Origin: an uncultured Actinomycetes bacterium
GTDB taxonomy: Bacteria; Actinomycetota; Thermoleophilia; Gaiellales; Gaiellaceae
Direction: 5' to 3'
Length of the DNA stretch: 64,000 nucleotides
Assembly: GCA_963742635.1 (NCBI GenBank)
Contig: CAVUMW010000019.1
Location: 270,479-334,478, forward strand
Below, piece by piece: positions 52,905-62,815 of the stretch. The position numbers and the translations under genes were made by a program. Position 1 is the stretch's first letter, and each line of letters starts with the position of its first letter. The notes under the pieces were generated by a model. That model was not told the DNA's origin. It worked only from the letters and a program-made list of their open reading frames with translations, and ran no database searches.

Positions 52905-53006
52905 TTACACGGCCACGACAGCCGAGCTTGTTCACCGTTGCCGGGTCCACCGCGTGTTTTCAGATCGCTCACGAATCCCTTGCACCGGATCGCTACGGTC
53001 GGCGTT

Positions 53007-54680
53007 GTGCGACGGCTTCTCCTCGTCGCTGTTTCCGCTGCCGCGGCGGCTGACCGGCGATGCGGCGCCGCGATTGCCCGGGGCGCATCGTCTTCGCGAG
53101 CGAGCGCGGTTCGACGCTCGAGAACACCGGCATCTACTCAGTTCGCACGGACGGCTCCTCCCACCCCGGACACTCGTACGCAATCCGGGTGGCGGTGCGG
53201 CGGCGCGGACGTGGTCACCGGGGATGGCAAGCTCCTCGCCTTCTGGAGCGAGGGACCCCCCCCAGCCGAGGCGGCCACGGCGCGCGGCCACGTGCTTCGC
53301 CGCCTCACTCCGCGCGGGCTTGTCGCCAGCCGCCGACCGACCCGCCGAGCTGGTCACTCGGCGGTCGAAGCGTCGCCTTCTCCGGCGAGCGCGGATCACA
53401 ACGTGGCATCTGGGCCGTTGCTAGGGACGGAACACATCTCCGGTTTCTCTCGCCCTGGGGCTTGCGCCCGTGTGGCCACCCACGGGAGGCGTGATCGCGT
53501 TCGGCTCGGGCCACATCTTCGTCATTTCGGCCAGAGGAGGGAGGGCCCGGCGTATCACGACTGGACCCTTCGACTCGAGCCCCGCCTGGGTCGCCGGACG
53601 GCAGGACGATCGCGTTCGTCCGCTCCGACTCGAACGGCGTGGTTCAATCGATCGATCTCGTTTCCGCCTCCGGCGGCATCACCACCGCCGTCTCTTCCGT
53701 GGGCGGGACGTGGACATCGGTCGGACTCCCCAGTGGTCGCCCTTGGGCGGCTGGTCGCGTTTGAGGCGAGGTCGAGCGTCTACGTCGTGCGCGTGCGAGA
53801 TAAAGCGCTGAGCAGGCTGCGACGCAACGGCCTATTTAGGCCCGACGGCAGGCATATCGCGTTCACCTCCTGGGTCCGGCGTGTACGTGATGAATGCGGA
53901 CGGCTCCCGTGTCCGACGCGTGATGACGAGCGGGGGTTCGAATTTCAGCGATGGACCGGCGTGGTCCCGACGGCCGCACGCTCGTCTATTCCCTGACACT
54001 GCTCCAGAGCGACTTCGAGATCTTCACGGTCGGGCCGACGGCTCCGGGCTCCGACAGCTGACTGAAATCGGCGAGGACTGGATGCCCGCGCGGTCTGAAG
54101 CCGACGGACGATCGCCTTCGTCCGGCGCGGAGTGATCTGACGATGGCCGCGACGGGATGCGGCCAGCGCCGGCGGTTCTTCCAAGGCATGCAGCCTTCGT
54201 GGTCCCGAACGGCATCAACGACGGTTCGGGCGTGAGCATCCGCTCGGTGAACGGTGGCCCCGGCGCCGCGGAGCGATCGGTTTCAGCCCGGGGTACTTCG
54301 CCTGGCGGGTGGCGAGATCGCGATCGTGCGCGAGCGGCCCGCTTCGCGGTAAAGTCGCGACCGGAGTCGAGCGGACGATCGCCGACGCTTCGACGATCTG
54401 CCCGCCGGGGAACGAAACGTCGATCGCGGTTCCGGGGGACTGGCTGCGACGCCGAGCAAGCTCGTATTCGCCGTCGTGTGCGGCATGACGGTCGGTTCGC
54501 CCTCGACCTCGGCGGAGATCGTGTTGGCCGACGGAACTGGCCTCAGGGCGCTCCCAATCGATGGGCTCGACACCGGCTGGTCGCCCGACGGTACGCGAGT
54601 CGCCTTCGTCGCGGAAAGCGAGCGCCTGCGCATCGGGACGAGCAGGCTCGACGGCACCGGCCGAACGGCTGTCGTCAGAG
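53007..54680 (+). pseudogene. Left-arm copy of the PD40 (TolB-like) repeat protein, frameshifted and cut at the palindrome centre
   Basis: A GTG start gives VRRLLLV.... It aligns to the reverse complement of 54,682-56,404, with clustered indels (for example a 6-nt deletion at the signal peptide, extra G and CC, and a ~20-nt deletion). Confidence 0.7.
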
Positions 54681-54681
54681 T

Positions 54682-56404
54682 CTCTGACGACAGCCGTTCG
54701 GCCGGTGCCGTCGAGCCTGCTCGTCCCGATGCGCAGGCGCTCGCTTTCCGCGACGAAGGCGACTCGCGTACCGTCGGGCGACCACGCAAGTCGGGCCGTG
54801 TCGAGCCCATCGATTGGGAGCGCCCTGAGGCCGGTTCCGTCGGCCGACACGATCTCCGCCGAGGTCGAGGCGAACCGACCGTCGTCGCACACGACGGCGA
54901 ACACGAGCTTGCTCGCGTCGGACGACCAGTCCGGAACCGCGATCGACGTTTCGTTCCCCGGCGGGCAGATCGTCGAAGCGTCGGCGATCGTCCGCTCGAC
55001 TCCCGTCGCGAGACTGACCGCGAACAGGCTCGCTCCGCGCACGAACGCGATCTCGCCACCCGCCGGCGACCAGGCCGGGCTGAAACCGGCCGCGACCCGG
55101 CGCGCGGGGCCACGGTTCACCGAGCGGATGCTCACTCCCGAACCGTCGTCGAAGGCCAGCTGTATGCCGTTCGGGGACCACGAAGGCTGCGTGCCTTGGA
55201 AGAGCCGGCGCTGGCCGCTCCCGTCGGCGGCCATCATCCAGATCACTCCGCGCCGGACGAAGGCGATCTTCCGTCGGCTTGCAGACCACGCCGGCATCCA
55301 GTCCTGCACCGAGTTTCGAGTCAGCTGTCGGAGCCCGGAGCCGTCAGCCCCGACCGTGAAGATCTCGAAGTCGCTCTGGAGCAGCGTCAGGGAATAGACG
55401 AGCGTGCGGCCGTCGGGGGACCACGCCGGTCCATCACTGAACTCGAACCCCCGCTCGGTCCTCACGCGTCGGACACGGGAGCCGTCCGCATTCATCACGT
55501 ACACGCCGGACCCAGATGTGAACGCGATGTGCCTGCCGTCGGGTGACCACGTGGGCCAGTCGCCGGTGCGTCGCAGCCTGCTCAGCGCTTCATCTCGCAC
55601 GCGCACGACGTAGACGCTCGACCTCGCCTCGAACGCAATCAGCCGCCCCGAGGGCGACCACTGGGGAGTCCGACCGATGTCCACGTCCCGCCCACGGAAG
55701 AGACGGCGGTGGTGTCCGCCGGCGGCGGAAACGAGATCGATCGATTGAACCACGCCGTTCGAGTCGGAGCGGACGAACGCGATCGTCCTGCCGTCCGGCG
55801 ACCAGGCGGGGCTCGAGTCGAAGGGTCCAGTCGTGATACGCCGGGCCCTCCCTCCTCTGGCCGAAATGACGAAGATGCGGCCCGAGCCGAACGCGATCAC
55901 GCCTCCCGTGGGTGACCACACGGGCGCGAATCCGTCGCGGGCGAGAAACCGGAGATGTGTTCCGTCCCTAGCAACGGCCCAGATGCCACGTTGTGATCCG
56001 CGCTCGCCGGAGAAGGCGATGCTTCGACCGCCCGGTGACCAGCTCGGCGGGTCGGAGTCGCGGCTGGCGACAAGCCCGCGCGGAGTCAGGCGGCGAAGCA
56101 CGTGGCCGCGCGCCGTCATCAGAAAGAGGCCTCGGCTGGTGTCGCCGGGGGCGGAGTGCTCGCTCCAGAAGGCGAGGAGCTTGCCGTCCGGTGACCACGT
56201 CGCGCCGCCCGCACCGCCGCCCGGATTGCGGACGAGTGTCCGGTGGGAAGAGCCGTCGGTGCGAACTGAGTAGATGCCGGTGTTCTCGAGCGTCGAACCG
56301 CGCTCGCTCGCGAAGACGATGCGCCCGGGCAATCGCGGCGCCGCATCGCCGGTCGTCGCCGCGGCAGCGGAAACGGCGAGCAGGACGAGGAGAAGCCGTC
56401 GCAC
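54682..56404 (-). CDS. PD40 (TolB-like) beta-propeller repeat protein, 3' end replaced by the palindrome
   Basis: GTG start (VRRLLLVLLAVSAAAATTG signal). 574 uninterrupted codons with more than 10 'WSPDG..IAF' PD40 repeats. Past nt 54,681 the 795-aa track ORF reads antisense of its own mirror copy. Its annotated N-terminus (to 56,602) overlaps the tRNA-like element. Confidence 0.7.
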
Positions 56405-56509
56405 GACGCCGACCGTAGCGATCCGGTGCAAGGGATTCGTGAGCGATCTGAAAACACGCGGTGTGGACCCGGCAACGGTGAACAAGCTCGGCTGTCGTGG
56501 CCGGTGTAA

Positions 56510-56581
56510 GACCCTGTAGCTCAGTGCATAGAGCGGCGGTTTCCTAAACCGCGTGCGCATGTTCGATTCATGCCGGGGCAA
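56510..56581 (+). tRNA. tRNA-Arg (anticodon CCT)-like element, imperfect
   Basis: Manual fold: D arm GCTC-AGTGCATA-GAGC. Anticodon arm GCGGT-TTCCTAA-ACCGC. Variable GTGC. T arm GCATG-TTCGATT-CATGC. Acceptor GACCCTG/CGGGGCA pairs at only 5 of 7 positions, and the D-loop GG is GC. Confidence 0.5.
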
Positions 56582-56585
56582 TGCG

Positions 56586-59500
56586 TCAGGGCAGCGGCAC
56601 ACGTGGCGTCGAGACGACGCCGAGCCGCTCGAGGATCGCCTTGCTCTCGGCCTCGGTGTCCGGGCCGCCGAGGCGTGTTCGGCCGAGTGCCTCGAGCGTC
56701 AGCGCCACTTCGTAGTCGGCCTCGAGCTCGCGGGCCAGCTCGAGGCTCCGCTCGAAGCGCGGGCGCGCCTCGTCCGGCCTGCCGCGCCTGGACGAGGGCA
56801 TAGCCGTAGAGCCGTTCGAGGAAGGGGTAGAGGAGCCGGTTCTCCCCGGCCGCCTCGAGCACGGTCGGCGCGAGGTCCAGGGCCTCCTGGAAGCGCCCCG
56901 CCAGCACGAAGCACTCGGCGCGCCGGGCCCGGGTCTCCTGGCCGAGGCGCATCCGAGCCGAGCGCCTCGAACGCCGTCAGCGCCCCGGCGAGCAGCTCGA
57001 GCGCCTCGTCGAAGCGACCCGCACGCGCGGCGACCCGGCCGAGGTTCGAGGTCGCCAGCGCGATGCCGACGCGGGTACCGAGCGGCGCGCCAGACACGTC
57101 GAGCTTCGGAGAACAGCGCCTCGGCCTCGTCGAGCTGTCCCTGATCGGAGACGATCTCGCCCTCGTTGTTCTGCGCGCGGGCCACGTTGACCACGTCGCC
57201 CACGCGCTCGCTCAGCTCGCCGCTCTGCCGGTACAACTCGAACGCCTCGTCCCAGCGCCCGTCGTAATACGCCTCGATGCCGAGGTTGTTGACGACGTTC
57301 GACTGGCGGACGAGGTCGCCGGCTTCCTCGAGCATCGGCGAGCGCAAGGCGGGCGTGCTCGTCGTCCTTCTCGCCCAGCGAGATGTGGTTGACGTGCAGC
57401 AGGAAGTAGGCGTGTGCGAGCGCGGCGCGATCGTCGGCCAGCTCGGCGTGCTCTGCCGCCTGCGAGCTCCAGTGGATGCCCTCCGTCGAACTGGCCCTGG
57501 CGGTACTTGACGCCGGCGGTCGCAAGCTCGAGCTGGACACGGCCCTGCAGCCCGTTGCCGGCTGCGGCCGAGTCGTCCAGCGCCTGGAGCCCCGGCCGTA
57601 CCATCGAGCGCCTCGGAATAGCGGCCGAGACGCTCGCGCAGAATCCCCTCCTTGCGCATCAGGCGCGACTGCTCGAGCCCGTCCGCAGCCAGCTCACGGG
57701 CGAGGCGATACGCATCTCCGGCCTCCTCGTACCGCGCCGCGAGCTCGCACACGTCACCGAGCGCCTCGGCGACGTGCGCCACCTCGAGCGGCGGCAGCTC
57801 GAGGTGCTCGGCGGCGGCGAGCGCGCGCTCGAACAGCTCGGCGGCGTCGATGTTCGCGAACCGGTGCTGCGCCAGCTGGCCGACGGCGACGGAGTAGCGC
57901 CACGCCCGCTCGTGGTCCTCCGCGTGCAGAAAGTGGAGCGAGAGCAGGGCCGCGACCTCGTCGGAGCCCTGACCGGCGCGCGATCCTCGAGCGCCGTGCC
58001 GACGCGCCCGTGGATCTCGCGCCGGCGGCGGAACGACAGCCCCTCGTACGCGATCGCGCGGAAGAGGTCGTGCCGGAACGCGCAGCGTCGCCGTCCCCTC
58101 CCAGGCCGACGAACTCGCCGAGCCGGTCCCAGCGCTCCAGGTCGCCGACGTCCGTCGAGCTCGTCCGCGAGCACCTCGGCGAGCAGGTCGAGCTCGAACC
58201 GGGCACCGAGGACGGAGGCGTAGCGCAGCAGCATCCGGTCGCCCGGCTCGAGCGTGTCGATCCGCGTCGTGATCAGCGTCTCGACCGACTCCGGCAGCGC
58301 GTCGACGCCGCCGTCGCGCCCGGGAGGCCGCGACGAGCTCGCGCACGAAGAGCGGGTTGCCGCCGGAGCGCTCGGACGAGCGTCGCCCAGCAGGTCCTGC
58401 GCGAGAGGGCGACGTCTCCGGCGGCCGCGAGCGCGAGCCGGGCGGTCGCCTCGCCGGGGAGCGGCCGCGAGCTCGAGCACCCGCTGCCCGTCTCCGGGCT
58501 CGTCGACGAAGGGCACGGCCCTGCGGCCGGCGCGTGACGCACACGAGCCACGGCCGCGGGGCGCGTGCTGCGCACGAGATGGAGGAGGACGCGTGCGACG
58601 CGTCGTCGATCCAGTGCGCGTCCTCGATGACGATGAGCGTCGGCATCATCAGCACGCGCGAGCAGGAACGCCTCGACCGTCTTGCAGACGCGCTCGCGAC
58701 GGAACTGCCGGCTCGATCTCCTCGGTCTCCGGCGTCATCGGCACTTCCGCGTCGAACGGGATCGCGAGCAGCGGCAGCCACGGCGCGAGGTCGGGCATGA
58801 CCGCCTCGATCCAGGGCTTGAGCTGCGCGCCGGCCTCCGCGGGCTCTCCGCATCGGCGTGATCCCGGCGAGCGGGCGGAGGAGCGTCGCGGAACGGCGAA
58901 GTAGGGCGACGGACATCCCGTACTGGTCGCAGCGCGCGACGAGCTGCTTGAAGCCGACGGTCATGCGTCTTCAGCTCCTCGACGAGGCGCGACTTGCCGA
59001 TCCCCGGCTCGCCGACGAGCTCGACCACCTGGCGCTGGCGCATCCGCGCCGCCGTCGACCGCCGCGTGGAGCTCCGCCAGCTCCGCGTCGCGGCCGACGA
59101 TCGGCAGCTCCTGAGCTCGTCTCTGCCTCCGCGACGCCGGTGACGGCGCCGACGCGGTACGCGGTGATCGCTCGCTCCTTGCCCTTGACGAGGAACGGCT
59201 GCGGCTCGGTCTCGAAGCGCGTCGGCGAGCGGTCGAGCACGTCGGCGGTCGCGAGGATCCCGCCCGGCTCGGCGCGCGCGGCCAGCCGCGCGGCGAGGTT
59301 GACGGTGTCGCCCATGACGGCGTACGTGCGGCGAGCGCTGGCGCCGATGTCGCCGGCGAAGACGGGGCCGCGGTTGACGCCCGCGCGGAGCGTCAGGGCG
59401 GAGCCCTCGTCGAGGATCGCGCGCAGCGCCCGCAGCATTCGCTCCTCGTCGGCCCCGGTGGTCGACGGCGCGCCGGCGGTCAGGTAGAGCTTGCCCGCCG

Positions 59501-60414
59501 TCGACGTCGATGTCCGACTCGAGCCAGGTCAGCCCGAGCTCCGACGGTCACACGGCCCACGATCGCGGCGAGCGCGTCGAGAGCCTCGGCGACCGCGTCT
59601 GGTCCCTGCCGTGCGAGCAGCGCGTCGACGCCCGTGAACTTCACGAAGGCGACCGTGACCTGCCGGTGCTCGGCCTCGCCGGCCTCGAGCCGCAGGTGGG
59701 CGCGAAGCGCGATCGGGACGTACGGCTCGAGCTCGAGGTCCGCGGACGGTCGGCCGTCGTCCTCGACGACCGGCGGGGCCGCGGCGTCCGGCTCGCGGTC
59801 GAGCGCGAGCAGCGCCGCTCCGCCCCGCTCGCCGGCGAGCCAGTCGGGATCGACCGCGGCAGCGGTCGCGGCGCTGACGAGAATCTCGCCGGCGCCGGAC
59901 TCGTCCTCGAGCCGGATCGTCGCGGTCGCGGCGGGCCCCGCGACGATCAGCTCGCGGTGGCTCGACTCGACCAGGAAGAAGTGGCAGGTGCCGGAGTAGA
60001 CGCCGGTCGACATCCGGAGCGTTCACCGGCGCCGACGGAGCTCATCGTCTCCCCGGTGCGCTCGATGAACCACTGCATGTCGACGAGGCCGCGCGGCAGG
60101 CGCGCTCGGCGTGCGCGTCGCCGGAGAAGAGAATCAGCAGCGCGTCGCCGCGGAACTTGAGCACGTCGCCGCCGTGGCGGTTCGCGATCCCGATCAGGCC
60201 CTCGAAGACGCCGCTGATCGCGAGGACGAGCTCCTCCGCGCCCGCCCGGCCCCTCGCCTGCGAGCCGCTCGGAGAGCGCGGTGAAGCCGGAGAGGTCGAC
60301 CGAGACGAGTGAGCCGTCGAGCTCGCGCCAGCGCTCGTCCGGCGCACGTGCCGCCCAGTCGAGCACGAGCCGGGGGAGATACGGCTCGAAGGGTGCATCG
60401 CCCTGCGCGTCCAT
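56586..60414 (-). pseudogene. Right-arm copy of double-cyclase-AAA(STAND)-TPR protein, about 15 or more frameshifts
   Basis: In-frame islands of 20-170 aa follow one another in order. They run MDAQGD...VSVDLSGFTALSERLA, then GRAGAEELVLAISGVFE...DVLKFRGDALL, then a second cyclase domain GVNRGPVFAGDIGASARRTYAVMGDTVNLAARL. Next comes the P-loop LVGEPGIGKSRLVEEL, then TPRs, ending ...ILERLGVVSTPRVPLP. Confidence 0.75.
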
Positions 60415-62147
60415 CGCCGCCCGAGGGTACGCCTTCGGGCCGTCGATCGAAAGGACGCCCGGGCTATGAAAAGCGAGCCGAACTTACTAACGTCCTGGAG
60501 GGTTGTTCCTCATGAGGAATCAGCTGCGGCTCGTCGTTGGCGTCATCGGGGCACTCGCACTGGCATTGGTGCTCCCCGGGGTTGCGCAAGCGCACCACGT
60601 CCCGCCAATCGACTTCCAGGCAGCCACCGCGGCGACCACGCCCACCATCGACGGGGTCATCGGCGACGGCGAATGGACGGACGCAGCCAGCTACGACGTC
60701 ACGTTCAACGGGCTGCCGGGAACGGCGAGGTTCAAGCACGACGCCGGGTTCCTCTACGTCGCCATGACGGTGACGGACCTCTCGGGCGGCTCGAAGGAGA
60801 TGGGCGCCTTCTTCGACGACAACCACGACGGGATCAAGGACCCGGGCGAGGACGTGATGCTCGGGTTCGCGTCGCCCTTCTCGTTCGGCGCCGACTACTA
60901 CTACAGCAGCGCCGGCTCGTCAGGAGCCACGCATTACGCGGACACGAGCACCGACGGAACGAACCCGCCCGGCGACGGCACGGACGACATCGTGGGGGCC
61001 GGGCAGGTCGTCGGCTCAGAGGTGACGTTCGAGATGCGGCATCCACTCTGCTCCGACGACACCGCGCACGACTTCTGCCTCGCTCCCGGCGACACGGTCG
61101 GCGTCGACCTCATGTACGTCCTCAGCGGCACCGGCTTCATGTACCCGGGGGCGGATGCATTCGCCCCCAGCGACTGGGCGGATCTGACGCTCTCGGCGGC
61201 TCCGGCGCCGGCCGGGCGCATCGTCTTCGAGTCGAACCGCGACGGCAACCTCGAGATCTACTCGATGAACGCGGACGGGTCTGCGCCGACGAGGCTGACC
61301 AACGACCCGGCGACGGACGACCTCCCCTCGATCTCGCCCGACGGGAGGAAGGTCGCCTTCTCGAGCGACCGGGGCGGAACCTCCGACATCTGGGTGATGA
61401 ACATCGACGGCAGCGGCCTCACGCAGCTGACCTCCGATGCCGGCCTCGAGCAGCAGCCGGCCTGGTCGCCGGACGGGACGAAGATCGCCTTCCAGGGCAG
61501 CGTCATCGAGCAGTACGACATCTTCGTCGTCGATGCGACCGGAGGCACTCCCGTGGACGTGACCAACACGGCGGCGAACGAGGCCAGCCCTTCCTGGTCG
61601 CCGGACGGCACGCAGGTCGCCTTCATGTCGGACCGCGACGGGAACGAAGAGATCTACCGGCAGAATTCGGATGGAACGGGGTCAGCGACGCGGCTGACGA
61701 ACAACGCCGCGCGCGACTCCGATCCGGACTGGTCGCCCGACGGGCAGAAGATCGCGTTCTTCAGCGACCGCGCGGGGAGCCCGTTCGGATCGGTGTGGAC
61801 GCTGACCGCGGCAGACGGCTCCGATCAGGTCAACCTCACGAACGCGAGCATCTTCGACGCCGACCCGAGCTGGTCTCCGGACGGCACGCACATCGCGTTC
61901 GTCCGCGACGCGGGTGGACAGAACTTCAACGTCTGGACCGCGCTGGCGGACGGCTCGGGCCAGGTCAACCTGACGGGCATCGGCGGACGGAACTCGTTCC
62001 CCGACTGGGGGCCGACCCCCTCGAGCCTGACCGCGTCGATCTCGATTGCGGGGCCGGAGAGCTCGGACCCGGGCGCCGCCTCTGCTCCAATCGACGACAT
62101 CCCGCTCGACGCGATCCGCGGCCAGTCGCAGACGACGGCGGGCGCGC

Positions 62148-62237
62148 CACTCGGCGGCATCCCACTGGGCGGCATTCCGCTCGGAGGAATTCCTCTGGGC
62201 GGCATCCCGCTCGGCGGCATCCCGTTGGGCGGGATCG
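62148..62237 (+). repeat. 6 x 15-bp tandem repeat encoding (PLGGI)6
   Basis: CCACTCGGCGGCATC / CCACTGGGCGGCATT / CCGCTCGGAGGAATT / CCTCTGGGCGGCATC / CCGCTCGGCGGCATC / CCGTTGGGCGGGATC. The units differ only at synonymous positions. Confidence 0.9.
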
Positions 62238-62447
62238 GCTTCACGGCGGAGAACCTGAGCCAGAACGGCCTCGGCGGGGTTCCGCTGTCGTCGATCCCGC
62301 TCGTGCTGCCGGACACGTGGGAGGCGCACCTCGCGCTCGAGCCGGCGTTCAAGGGCACTCCGCCGTCAGAACGTGACGCTCGCGCAGGTGCTGGGGACGC
62401 AGGTCGTCGCCGGGATCACGCTCGACAAGCTCAATCTCGCGTCGAGC

Positions 62448-62522
62448 CCACTCGGCGGCATTCCGCTCGCCGGAATCGCCCTCGGCGGGCTGCCGCTGGG
62501 AGGCATTCCGCTCGGCGGCATC
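62448..62522 (+). repeat. 5 x 15-bp repeat encoding PLGGI-PLAGI-ALGGL-PLGGI-PLGGI
   Basis: Read in the frame entered after the 62,366 frameshift. Confidence 0.85.
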
Positions 62523-62650
62523 GCGGGCACGCCGCCGGATCAGAACCTCACCGACTGGTGCCAGTACGTGAACCAGCAGCCGGGGTTCACCTGCCCGAAC
62601 GGCCAGAGCCTCGGCCAACAGACGATGCTCGGGCTCGCCTTGCAGGGTGT

Positions 62651-62815
62651 GCCGCTGGGCGGCATTCCCCTCGGGGGCATCCCGCTCGGAGGCATCCCGC
62701 TCGGCGGCATCCCGCTCGGCGGCATCCCCGTCGGCACGCCGCTCGGCGGCATTCCTCTGGGCGGCATCAACCTCGTCGGGCACTCCGCTCGGCGGCATTC
62801 CGCTCGGCGGGATCG
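62651..62815 (+). repeat. ~11 x 15-bp repeat encoding (PLGGI)n with variants PVGT and NLVGT
   Basis: Units CCGCTGGGCGGCATT and similar. A 1-nt insertion at ~62,782 lies inside the array. Confidence 0.85.

Larger units (their letters stand above)
45814..54680. repeat. Left arm of the imperfect palindrome
   Basis: Reverse complement of 54,682-64,000 after allowing for indels. About 450 nt shorter than the right arm. Confidence 0.9.

Noticed and set aside
54578-54784. Covalently closed hairpin telomere of a linear replicon, read around the end.
   Set aside because: The two strands of one duplex should give identical arms throughout. Instead the outer arms differ mainly at synonymous codon positions, and the centre lies inside a gene. 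Read evidence is still needed to exclude it fully.
54215-56602. A 795-aa ORF spanning the palindrome centre and the tRNA-like element.
   Set aside because: Beyond 54,681 it translates the antisense of its own mirror copy, giving Arg-rich nonsense. Its first ~66 codons overlap the tRNA-like sequence. The credible CDS is 54,682-56,404.
62148-62815. Short tandem direct repeats as a possible CRISPR array.
   Set aside because: The units are 15 bp and contiguous with no spacers. They are in-frame coding sequence (PLGGI), and no cas genes are present.
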